Below are positions 35,747-47,300 of a stretch of DNA of 64,000 nucleotides, piece after piece. The position numbers and the translations under genes were made by a program. Positions within the stretch are counted from its first letter, which is position 1. Every line of letters begins with the position of its first letter. Below the pieces are notes generated by a model. The model did no database searches and was not told the origin of the DNA. It saw only the letters and a program-made list of their open reading frames with translations. This DNA comes from Klebsormidium nitens (lineage: Eukaryota > Plantae > Klebsormidiophyceae), in assembly GCA_000708835.1 (NCBI GenBank), contig DF237216.1, forward strand, positions 54,660-118,659, written 5' to 3'.

Positions 35747-38700
35747 TCACGCGGCTGCTTCGATCGGCCTTTTCACGGGTCGTCCGATCGGCCCGGCGGG
35801 AGAGGGGCCTCGAAATCCAGACACGATTCGATCGTCAACGCTGCAAAACCGAAACGAAGACTCGATTCAAGGCCGCTGCATGCGCATTACGAAGCGTTCA
35901 GAGAAACATGGGCTCCCTTGCAAAGACGTCGCTGTGAAAAAGGGGTTCTTTTCTTTCCTCGTCAACATGTGCAGGAAAAAACAAAACAATTATGCAGTGG
36001 CTACCTCTTCGCATATAGCCGGTGATCGAAAGTTCCGTATCAAGTGATCTCAAGAGTCCGCGGAGTCCTGGGAAGCTGATATCTTTGCTGGCTTAGTTAA
36101 ACATTCTGTGTAGGTCCTATTTTTGGATTGCAACTTCGCTCAGCCTTAGGTGGGCAACTGAAAACGTCGGTGCCAAATTGTCAGTGAGCAGTTCAAAGAA
36201 CAGAAACCGTTCTTTAAGCGTAAACCGTGATTGTCTCGGAAAAGCACGGTAGCTAGACTTGCTGCGATAAGATGATTGCCGATGAGCGGAAGCCCACGCT
36301 AGACCACATTTCAGACTAGGACTGCCTACTACTTGTTTCATGAGCACGAGCTCCATAAAATCGTAGAGGAAGTTCAATGGCAACGAAAGGAGTAGACTTT
36401 GAAAAGGAAGAAAGGGAACGTACCACCAGTGAAACGGGGCCGGCCCGCGCTGCCTCTCCAAACAGAACACGCAGAACTTGCACGTCTTCCGAAACCCCGC
36501 AAACCCCTCCCTCCGACCGGTCGCGGCCGCGAAGTCCTTCAAAACCCCCTGCAGCCCTGCCATCTCGAGCGGCGTCAGCTCCCGCCTCTGACGAGCGTCG
36601 GCCAACGCGGGGCCGCCGACTGCCACGTGTCCTGGGGCCCTGCCTGCCACGTGTCTCTCCGGGTGCTGTACTCGCCTGGGCGCGAGCGCCTCCGCGGCCG
36701 CGTTGACTGCTGACGCAAACATGGACGCTGAGACGATCTGGGGGGGCTTCGGTGGGGGGCTTCGTGGGGGCAGATGCGGACTGCGCGCGCCGTCGAAATG
36801 AGCTTGCTTTGCCACGTGGCTCGCTGAGATTGGTCGTGCTTCCGGTGCTGGATGTGCTGGCGAACCGAGCGGCTGTCCCTGGAACTTCGAGGGGTGCGGA
36901 CGGGCTTCGACGGAGTGGTTTGAGGGGTGGGGAAAGGCGTCCCTTGACTGAACTGACTGCCTTGGTGCTCGCGGATGCTGACGTCCCCAAGACGAGAACG
37001 TGACCTCATCAGCAGCTCGTTGTTCCGGCATCCGGACCTGCCTCGACTGAGTGCGTGGGTCGCTTTGCTCTTGAGGGGAAGGTGAAATTCCGTGCACTGC
37101 TCTATTGTGGATGGAAGAATGAACTGGGAAATAGCTGGTTGTGGGGGTGTCTGCTTTGGCTGCGGAAGTTGAAGCAACGGGGGGAGATGGCCTCTGAAGA
37201 ATGGTCACTGGCTTGCTTGTGCTGCCGGATGGTTCAGAATCTTCAGGGCTTCGAGAAACCTTTGCAGGAGTAGCTGGGGTACTGCGCTCAGTAACGAAAT
37301 CGGTCACCCTTTCCAGGAGCACTGGCCTCGGCATATGCGCTGTTCCGTTGCTCGAAGATGTCTCCTGGGGTACTGTTCCGCCGCTGACTTCCGCTGGCGG
37401 ACTCTGTCGTGGCTCAGGAGCATCCTGGTCGGGGGACTGCGGAGAGGGCGGACGGAAAGCCGGAAAAGCAGGCAATGTCGAGACCGGGGACAGAGGCTCC
37501 TTCGACTCGAGTTTCGCAGGCCGCTGATCCGTTTCATCGGACGGCTCCTGAGCCGGGTCCTCGCTCCTGACGTCGTCTTCGTCGTCCACGTCAGCAGCAC
37601 GTCTGCGGCCGGCGCCCTTGCGGTCCTTCTTGGGGCGCTTGAGCGAGATGACGAAGTGCGCGTCGGTCTCCTTGGCGTGGATCCGCAGGACGATGCCGAA
37701 GTTGGTGGCCTCGCTGATGTTGAGCTTCTGGCGCCGCTCCTCGCCGCCCACGCTGCGCTTGTACGCCAGCACGGCCGACAGCTGAGCCGCGGGAACGCCT
37801 GCGAAATTGAGTGAAATGATTTGGGGAACTTGGTGACGTCATCGTCGCGAGAACGGCAAAAAAGCTGTGCCATCCACGGCAAAGTCTGCGGAATATGCAG
37901 GCGACGCTACCGGCCGCCCATGCTGCGCTTGTACGCGAGCACGGCGGACAGCTGGGCCGCGGGAACGCCTGCGGAAGGAAAGGGCTCATCAGGGCACTAG
38001 GTGACGTCACAGAGAGGTGGAAATCGTATGCAACAGCGACGTCTGCGGAATGTGAGCTTCTGTGCTATTCGTCGCTGGAAACGTGGGACGCCTGCCACAA
38101 TGATGTATTCTGTCAGGTGTTTTCATACAGCGGTGACCCGCAAGACCAGCGCAAAGTGCGGTGACGATTTATGTGCGCCACAGGCAAGAAATGCAAGATA
38201 CCGTGCGCCAAGAGTGCAAACGTTCTTGTTCGTTGAATGATGTGACCGTCCGACAGATCCGGAGTTCCGAAAAGGCAAAAAGAGTGAAGGCCAGGTAAAA
38301 ACTGTTCAATGTGTAACCCTGATTGATCAGAAACGGAGTAAAATCGCAACGATCTCCCTTTGAATATTTCAGGCCGTTTGCGGGGCCCAATTGAGACCAT
38401 CCAACGAATTGTCTTCGACAAGTGAACCTGACAATGCCACCCAGCTGACAACACTGTGAGAAGGAAGGGCCTCTGTGAATGTTTGATCAGCGAATTGGAA
38501 CCCCCGAAAAGCTCTAACTCAGTGCAAGGAGTACAGATATTGAGCAAAAGCGGGACAGATAATATTATGCGTCGTACGTGTAGGCAGTTGGAGACTGGAA
38601 AAAACAGAAGGGAATTTGTGCCCTTACACATGTCATATTTGAGACGTGGCCAAAAATTCCCTATGAGGCGAATGCCAAAGAGACAATTGTCAAAGCATCC

Positions 38701-39283
38701 TCAGTCGAGAAAGAAAAAAAATATATGGGAAAAGGATGTTGTACCAAACTGCAGCAACCATTCTCGTGAACCTCAATTGCACAGAAACAAGAAGCTGGCT
38801 GATCATCACCACAAGGCGCAAGCCTCACCTGTTTTCTGTGTCATCAGTTGCTGAAACCGCTTGAAAGTGAGTGCCGAGTATATACCCAGTTGACCCCTGA
38901 CGTGCTCTTGCTCTCCATCCGAGTAGATGCTGCACCAACAGATGTGAAGTATGTTTGTTTCTGGATCAATCGATATTACTTATATGGATCTGGCTAGTAG
39001 CAATTGTAGAAAGACAGGGTCAAACATGTTGGCTATCATTTTGTCCTTCATATATCGTCTCCATGAGCTGGCTGGAAGATACATTCAGCAGTCTTACGTT
39101 TTCAAAAGAGCTGAAAAGAAGCTGAACAATCCAAACACTTCATAGAAGAGCTGCAAGGAGCTAGACAAGAAACTTGCAGAAGGATGGCAACAGAGAGCAA
39201 CTTCCTGAAAGCTCAAGGTGATGTGAAAAGATGAAGATGGAGCGCCTAGCTCACCATGGCAGAGGGGTAGCAAACCGCTCCAT
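35747..39283 (-). CDS. Conserved plant protein of unknown function (DUF7138-like), 532 aa
   Basis: Exons 39255-39283, 38829-38929, 36424-37798 and 35747-35840 with consistent phases. The N-terminal PCIYSDGE...TFKRFQQLMTQKTG...FVISLKRPKKDR and C-terminal CKFCVFC...FHWCVDD...GFRGPSPAGPIGRP match my recollection of a land-plant family (FPVxFxDGE...DFKxFQ / FHxCVxD...GFRSPAGPIxRP). The Pfam name is from memory. Confidence 0.8.
37914..37971 (-). repeat. Intronic duplicate of the acceptor and first ~55 nt of exon 3 of the DUF7138-like gene
   Basis: cag|gcgttcccgcggcccagctgtccgccgtgctcgcgtacaagc at 37968 mirrors the used acceptor at 37798, 170 bp away. The intronic motif ggtgacgtca is also duplicated. 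Confidence 0.9.
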
Positions 39284-39700
39284 TGGAGTGATGGACAGTT
39301 CTCCTCTCTGTAATGAGACAAGTTTAAGACTATCAGCGGCCGGGTGTATCTCGACCAGCTTCAATTATGACCAGGCCCCACCTTTCATGAAAGTTGGTTT
39401 CAGATTCAGTATGAGCCAACCTCTTTCATTAGACAAGCATATTTCAACCAGAGACTGGCACCATTTGCAACCTCTTGTACAGGTCTTCTCTTTAAGGTGT
39501 TACACCACAATTGTGCGCTCTTAAAAAATGATCTGTTTCACTAATAGACAGCTCATGGAAGATTGCAAGACGCAAGAGAACCTCCGCTCATGAGGAAGGA
39601 GAAGACCAGTACGATCAAAGCTGATCAGTAAGCAACCCGTGTCCCTGCCAAGCATTCCTCTACAGTCTGGCAGAAAGCACCTTAAGGAAATTTTCCAAAA

Positions 39701-41190
39701 ATGAATCAATTCAACAGATCATCTGGTCAGAGAACAAAGCTTGCTGAATTCTACCCATTGATGCATTTCCTTGCCTTGATGGCCCTCAAGGGTTTTCTGG
39801 ATGATGGATTTTTTCAACAAGCAGTGAGTCTTTGCCTTGATGGCCCTCACGATTTTCATGGATGATAGATCATCCAACAAGCAGTGACGATCGGTTCTTC
39901 AGGCTAGTCAGTCAGCCGCACATGAGCACTTGGCCAATGACAAGACCAGTAGGTTAACCAGCCCAGCAAAACAGATTTCCTCTTAGCAATCAGATCAAAA
40001 AGTAGTGGTCCTTTGATCAATGCTGAGCTGAAATCAATTGTTGAAGCATGAGGCAGGTGCACTGAAACGTGTCTGTAGTTTGTCAGCTGTACCATTAGGA
40101 CTTACTACCACCTTCATAGTTTATTGACATTGTCACAGCTTGATCTAAGATAATCCCTTCACCCTTCTCTTTAGTACAAGGAAACATCCATCGAAAGGTT
40201 TTCCAGCGGCAAATTGTTTGAAGAGCACAACCGCCACTTGATCACCGCAATGCTGATTGAAGCAATGCTCAATGGGGGCAACCCAATGATGATCAGTAGT
40301 GTGGATGCGACAAAAGTAAGACTCGCCTTTTAGCCTCAGATCTTCGTTCTCCTAGTGGTAGTTGTGAGGATGGCGGGCTGTCATGCACTTGCTTGCTTGG
40401 GGTCAGGCGCGTGTGCTTTTCAAACCAATCCGAGCAGCTTCATGCGCACTCAGGGCTGCGCCAGCTCAGGTTAGCGCCCAGGAGAGCATCTCTTCTGGTG
40501 CCGGCTACGTTTTAAGCTCCCGCTTCAACTTTCAAGGCTGAGCTGCTCAAATTTGCGAAGTACAGAAGAGGCATCTGCTCAGCGGCCGCCATTGCGGAAG
40601 CAGGACGTCCGTCCTTCTCGAAGCTCAGCTTGGTGTCGGAACCACCCTGCTGACATCAGCCAGATCTACGGATGTGCACCGTCCGATGAGATTGTATACC
40701 TGATTCGACGGTTGTCGCTGGTTCGGCACCACAACATTCACCGGACGTTTTACGCTTCAAGTTTCAAATGTGCTGGGCACGGAGCGCCGGTCTAGTTGCC
40801 CTCTTGTTTTGGACTCATCCAGCTGATGTGGCACCCCGAGTCGCCCACGCAGTCGTGCGTCAAGCACCACCTCATCGGCGCGCTGATTCCAGAGTAGCTG
40901 ATGGGGTCCTTGACATCTTCGATTCAGCGTCGCGACACACACAGTCCTTTCCAGCTCAATCGTTTCAGGCTCAGGCTAATTGACGAGACTGGTTTTGGAG
41001 TAAGCTTGGTTGATCACAAGCTTACAAGAGGTGTTCAAAAGCTTTACAAAGGGGGCGCAGGCGGTTGATCAAGAAGCTCGCCAGCGGCGACAACAAGAAG
41101 CCCACCACCAGACACAGCATGCATGCCTGCCGACTACGCCTGAGTTCCTGGAAAGTGATAGCTATGGCGCTTCACGATCAGCAGACGCAT
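39701..41190 (+). pseudogene. Decayed spliced coding fragments, possibly transposon-derived
   Basis: Phase-0 exon-like blocks ending 39824 (...LKGFLDDGFFQQA), 40175-40315 (YKETSIERFSSGKLFEEHNRHL...PMMISSVDATK) and ~40408-40470, followed by frames with stops. Confidence 0.3.
39771..39887 (+). repeat. 61-bp tandem duplication spanning an exon end and GTGAGT donor
   Basis: ttgccttgatggccctca...caacaagcagtga at 39771 and 39832. Confidence 0.85.
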
Positions 41191-43596
41191 AGAGCCCATC
41201 GTCGGAGCAAAAGCATGCACTCAGCCCCGCCCGACTGACGCTCAGCTGGGTGCTAAAAACAATGCCACGTCAGCATCATGGCGGATGTGGCGGACTCTGA
41301 TTAACAGCTGGATGCGCCGCAGCTCAATAGGACTGCAGCCATTTTCGGATTTCTACACAGGGCGCGATTGCAGGCATGTGCATTCCTGAATTTCAGGTGC
41401 TTCTGCTCGTAGTCCTCGTAATCATACTGCTCGTCCCCATCTTGCTCCTCCTCTTCTTCGTCCTCTCTCCCATTCTCCTCCTCGTAATCTTCGTTCTGCT
41501 GCCGCTGGTCTACTTGCTCCGGCAGGCGATCCTACTGGCGCGCACACCGACGGTCCAGAAACAGTCCCTCGCTCTAGTTCTGGTTGTTTCGTCTCTGCTA
41601 GCGGTGATGTCGCTGCTTAAGGAGTACCATCTGGCAGTGAGCAAGATGCACTCGAAGACGTGCGGCTTCAATGTCAGCTCGTCAAACTCTTCGTGCCAAT
41701 GGTTGATAGCTAGTGACTCCAGGGGGTTTCTAAAGTAAAACAAGTTCAGCCATCTTAGATGTGACGAACAAGCTGTCCAGCCGCCAATTCAGGACCCTCA
41801 AAAAACATTTCTAGCCCACGGAATAGATACCCAGATAGCTGTCAGAAAGGTCTGGGCTCCAGGTAGGAAAGCCCGGTCTTGAACTGTTCCGGTCAAATCG
41901 ATCATTCCGCAGAAACTCTAGGGGTGCACGAAAGCGGCGGCACCTCGCTTCAAAGGGCTTCAATCCCCTTTTTGATGTGCTTTTGATGGCGTCTAGTGGG
42001 CCTCCGATATGAGTGCAGTTTTTTAGCCAAGGGAATATAAAGGCTTAGTTACAAAGCTACTTCTGTGGAGCTCTTGAAAAGCCCACACGGCCATGTTGTT
42101 TTTGTTTCGTCCAAATTAACGCTTTAGTAAGATCATTGCCAATCGCAAATTCTTGAGGGTCGTGGACCACAATCTCTTTAGGACCCATGCACATACAAGG
42201 ATTAGTAGGACGTTGCAGACCGCGCGGCCGAGCTTGCATCAAACTTGAAAACCACGTGATCAACCGAAGCTACTAGGCCGGCCGTACAGGCTTCAAACGC
42301 TATGCAATGATATACGCTGTCAATGACCTTGTCCTGTTTTGGTAAATACAATTATCGTGCAGCTAGCAGGAGAGCGCTTGCCCTGCAGCATGTTTGTAAC
42401 TTCGAAAAGCTAATCGCTACAGAAGTGACGTCGCGATTGCATCTCCTGCAATGATGATATGTAGATCGATGATCGACTTGACCGATTGAAGTGACATGAC
42501 ATGTTGGCGCCGCCAGCTTTAACTCATGCATTCCGCTTAAAATTGCCAAAGTTGACTTCTGCATATGCATATGATACTCATTGGCTTTGCTACGTGGCAA
42601 CGAGAACAGCATGTCAAAATTGGGATTATGCCCGGCCCTTCTTGGACAAATCGCATGCACTCTCAAAGAATTGAGTATGATTGAGTGCTAAGATCATTAC
42701 ATACTTGAGTCCCATGTACGAATTGACAAGGATTCGACGGCTAGCTTCGTGCAGGAGAAAAGTGCTCTGTGACGCTTACTGCGGTGATCCTCATGCGATT
42801 GGCCTTGATCAGGCCTGTTCATTACCGATCGGGTTCGGCTTCACAACTTTGAAACTACGTCGAACAGGACATTTCCAGCTAGGCACGGGTATACTAAGTC
42901 GACCGGCCACTCCGGCTCTTGATTAACCGTTTTCATTAGAGATGATTAGTAGCATCGTCAATCAGTGCGCGCGTGGCGTTATATTTACAACACTCGACGG
43001 GGTTCTAGGGGTTACAGGAGTTGAAAGGCCTTTTGGAGTTATAGGTGTGGACACGGCCCCGCCAGTTCCGTCAGGTGACGAAGGACGCCCTGCGTATTTG
43101 GTGTGCTTACGTCAGCAGTCTGCTCGGCGATCGTACCAAAAGAATCGCAGATACATCCACTTCCTTTACACCGCAGGTCGTTGAAAGGGCTTTGCAGGGG
43201 TTAGCAAGTACGCACTGGTCAGCAGACGTCGCGGAGAACCGAGACCAAAGGAAGGGAGAATCTGAGGGCGAGGTCATCCATCGGTTTGTGGGCGGCTAGA
43301 ATTTGGTTTCTGAACAGGATGATGGGCTGGCGCTAAGAGTTTCTCACTCACGAGAATGAGCAAAGTGCTTTGACCCAAACCCACCCTCTGGAACACAGGG
43401 TTAATGATGACCAGATTACTGCGTGGTCCAAAGTGCCGTGCCAAAAAGCCCCCAAATTGGGTTAAGTCTCGTAACCTTACCAGAAGCCGTTTGGAGGGCC
43501 ATCTCGGACGGCCCGTGCGTCGCGAGGAACGTGAGACTCCGCTGGCTAACACGCGCCAGGTGCACCACCGTCTCGACCACCGCCGCAGCGTCCTGC

Positions 43597-44050
43597 AGCG
43601 TCCGAACGGCAGGAGGTTAAGGAAACCGGCGTCCGAAAGGCAGGACATTGAGTACAAGGTGTCCGAAAGTCGATAGGAAGCTCTAAGAAAGCGTCCGTTT
43701 GGCAGGAGGTATAGCAACCAGCGTCTGAACGAGATGTGGTACAGCAAACGGCATCGAATCGGCAGGCGATCAGGTAACGGCGTCCAAACCATGCACGAGA
43801 TTCGGACAACGGCGTCCAAAAGGCATAAGAAACAGACGACGGCGTCGAAGAGGCAGGCGGTTCAGCAAACGGGGTTGCAGTTTGCGAGAATTTGGAGACG
43901 AGGTGTCGAGACAGCGCTCGGCAAGGAACAGGCGTCCGAAAAGGCGTGCGTACGGAAGAACGTCAAAAAGTTCGTACGACAAGGCGTCCAAATAAGGGGA
44001 TTGCCGAGAAGAGTCCAGAAAAAGCGTGCGGTCAGGACGGCTGTCAGAAC
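43597..44050. repeat. Degenerate ~30-bp minisatellite (core GGCGTCC[AG]AA), about 15 units
   Basis: Core variants at ~43628, 43658, 43690, 43720, 43750, 43779, 43811, 43841, 43902, 43931, 43959, 43983, 44010 and 44039. Confidence 0.75.
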
Positions 44051-44300
44051 AAGGGCTCCCGAGAGGAACACCGGATGGCAAGGACCTTCATAGAGCTAAT
44101 CGCAAGAATCGATGGACGGCAGGAACTTTAGAAAAGTCGCGGAATCGGCGCAATCTTAAAACGATGCCGTGCGAGCCCAATCTTGGGACGCCCGACGGAA
44201 AAATTGCTTCTGGCTCGCCAGCTATCTGCCGGGTCCGTGTGCCCGACTCGTGGTTTACAAATCCAACGACACTGAAATTTTGAGCCAAAGTCTGCACGAC

Positions 44301-47300
44301 TCAATAACAGCACAACACAGCTTTCTGCGTGGAAGTTGCGTCCTTGAAAGCTGCGAGAATCGCCGATTGCGAGATTTTGGCCGTCCGATCGGCCAGCTTC
44401 TGTTGAACGGACGGTCCAGAATCATGCAAAGAAGGTTCCCAGCTGGAGATGAGGGTGGCAAGTGTCACGCAAACAGCTGTACAGGTTAATTCAACGAATC
44501 TTGCGTCAACTAAGAAGGTGCGTTCACTAAGATAAGCACCCTCAGGACGGGTGGGGTTAATCTGGGGGTTAGGGTGGGTGCGGGTGAGAAGCGCGTAATG
44601 GTTTTAGGTTAGGGTCATGATTGAGGTGCCCGGTGCTCCTGTATCTTAGTGACAGCAAGAGTTGCCAGTATGTACAGGTGTCCAAGGACCAAGACGTGGG
44701 TTTACGTTTGGCACGCTCACCCTCGCTTTCGGCCCCCCCGACCCCCTCCGGTTGCCGAGCGCCCCTGCAACCCCCTGCCGCGCGAGCCCCCGGGTCAGGT
44801 CGGCCAGGTTCCACCGCCACGTCAGCCCGAGGCAGTGCACCAATGATAAGCCGCCAAGTGTCACGCTGTCGCCCAATCCGGACCAGCGGGGCTGAGGGGG
44901 GCCGTTCCGTACGGGCAGGCAGAGAGCCTGCAACAGAATTGCACGATATTGGGGTTTCTGGAAAAGTCTTCTCGTGAGTTGTACAGAAAGGCTGGCAAAC
45001 CAAATCTAGGTTACCCATCTGAAACTCCGAATCTGAACCCCTGTATAAGCAGAGGTTAGCGATTCCTTAAAAGTATCTCTGCAAAACCCATATATGAAAA
45101 CGAGGCCAGAAGGAACACCTGTCGTTCGAAACGGATCCGCGGCGAGAACCCTTAAAAGAAGTAACCTGCCCAAAAGCCGGAAATGCCCATTGAAGCGGAT
45201 GTTTTACTTGCTAGCAGAAGCTTTCGACACTCGAGATCTGTGGTCCGAAGCATGGAAGGATGCAGAAAGGGCCGTTCCTCTTGCTTGGCTTTCAATTTGA
45301 ATGATGCGCCGACTTTGTCCGTCTGTCGACCAGCCTTGCAAGCGCCGGGCGCCCAGAACAGATCAAGGCATCTCTTGAGCTTCTCTTTCCCGACCAGAGA
45401 GGACGTATCACTTCGGTGCTGACACTAATATCAGATCAAGGAACACCGCAAAGGTCCCCCAGTCAGATCCAATGTGCAAAACAGCACAGAGTGCTCGTTT
45501 GAAGAAGAGAGAAAGACAATGGACAGGAGTAAGAGCAAGCTCACCAGGTGAAGCGCCGCATACAGGTGCGCGAAGTCAGCGCGGCCGCTGCCCAGCGGGG
45601 GCGCCCAGTCGGTTTGAAACGGCTCTAGGAGGCCCCGCAGCTGAACCAGAAAGTGGGCCACCAGACTGCCCGCTGATACACAGCTCCAGTACACCGTTTC
45701 TGCACACCACGAGCAAGACGCGACTTCAGACTTTCAGGGTTTGAAGTAACCATTTGGGAACGTAAAAGTCCAAGCTTGTGGCGTACAGAAGATGTGCTTG
45801 GAGATTGAATGAGTCGGGCAGCGGTTTTCGATGCTACTGTGGCAGAGATTTAAACGGCGCAGAGTGTTGCATGTGAGAGGCTTGCTATGATTGTGGCAGC
45901 GTGCAGTCTGAATGAAAGCCTTGTGAAGAATGGCGCAGCTTGCGATTGGCATCTTCTACTATCCAGGTGGCCGTTTAGGACCCCTTTTCACACCAACAAG
46001 TAGATACGTGCAATCATATGGTTGCAACTTAGAGAACATCACGTCAAACTTACCCGCTATCCGCGAACCCCTGCTGCTTTGTTGCGCAGCCACCGCGCTT
46101 TCCGCACTCAGCTGCTCGGTAACGCTCGCGAGTGCCCGGTCGATGAGCCCAGTGATCGGCGCCCCGGCGGACTCGTCCCGCCCCACTAGTTGCTGCAGCT
46201 GGCCCTCCCGCCCCGGGACGACTCCAATGAAGGGCGCCGTGCATAACACTTGCCGCGTCTCCTTGGTTTGCTGACACAAGATGAAGGTTGGGTCAGACTT
46301 AGCCTAGCAGAAGTGCGCTCGTTAACCTATCGAGATCAAGTTTGAATCAAACACAAATTGATGTTCAAAATAAGCAATAGGCTGAATGAGAACGAGTGAC
46401 AAGCACTGTAATTGAACGCGAAAGTTCGACAAGACAAAGTTCTAGGCGAAAGCAGATGAGGTTTTCGATCACTTGACCATCTACCACGCCTCCACTGAAT
46501 CGAATCCCACTTGTGTCAGCAGTCGTCACACACCTACTTTCGGACGTGCACTCAAAAAACCGCCGCAAGCTCCAGCAAGGAATAAAGAGCTCGCGATAGG
46601 CACCCGCAATACTATTACTCACAGTGGGCGGTATGGTTCGGTCTTACCACTGCTTCGTCCAACAGCGATACGAACGCCAAAAGATTCCCAATCTCTTTCA
46701 ACACTTGCAAAGCGCCCTCCAAGTTGGGATGCACCAGCAGCGGCGCCAGCCAGGCTTCCGGGCCAGAAAGGATCTCAATTGACATTCCGGTTTTTCTGGG
46801 CGGACGGAACGGAACCGGAATGTGGGAGAAAAGGGGCCGGGCGTGGCTCGGTAAGGCGACGGTCACCTGGAAGAGAAAGACGCCGTATGTTTTCGAGATT
46901 GCATTAAACAATGAAACGGATGTGGAAACTTAAACACCGAGAATCAATGCTTCGGTCCAACACGAAATGCGGAACAGTGCGAGATTGTGCCGTCTGGTCT
47001 GCACCGCTTTTTCAGGTTGAATTGAAGATGATGCTGATGGGATGGACAAAGAAAGACCTAAAATCTGCGTTGATGCGAACAGGGCCCTTTGAATCCCTGC
47101 GGACTCCAAACATATGTGCTACGAAGTAGCCCTTTGGATCTCGAACTCGGCGCATTTTACCGTTTTCACCTCTGATGAATAGCCCGAGTGGGCATTTGCT
47201 TGCTCGAAAATCACGCTGCAAAGCTGGCCTCAAACTTACCAAGTGGTCCAGATGCGCGCTCGCTTGATGCACCAGCCACGGCAGGCCCTGCTTTCCGAGC

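Noticed and set aside
36117-36423. C-terminal part of the 551-aa ORF
   Set aside because: Intron read-through: a donor after 36424 and the exon 35747-35840 restore the conserved C-terminal motif.
41376-41743. Hydrophobic 120-aa + strand ORF (LLLVVLVIILL...)
   Set aside because: It is the antisense shadow of an acidic GAG/GAC-rich tract on the minus strand, which is itself interrupted by stops. No gene could be modelled.
41790-44270. Possible inverted-repeat pair (cagatagctg / cagctatctg) bounding a large element
   Set aside because: Only 10 bp match exactly, the extension is poor, and there is no target duplication.
35747-44301. PIR continuing into the large downstream exon as a fusion
   Set aside because: PIR has its own terminal exon (44301-44399) and the downstream gene has its own ATG exon and family motifs.
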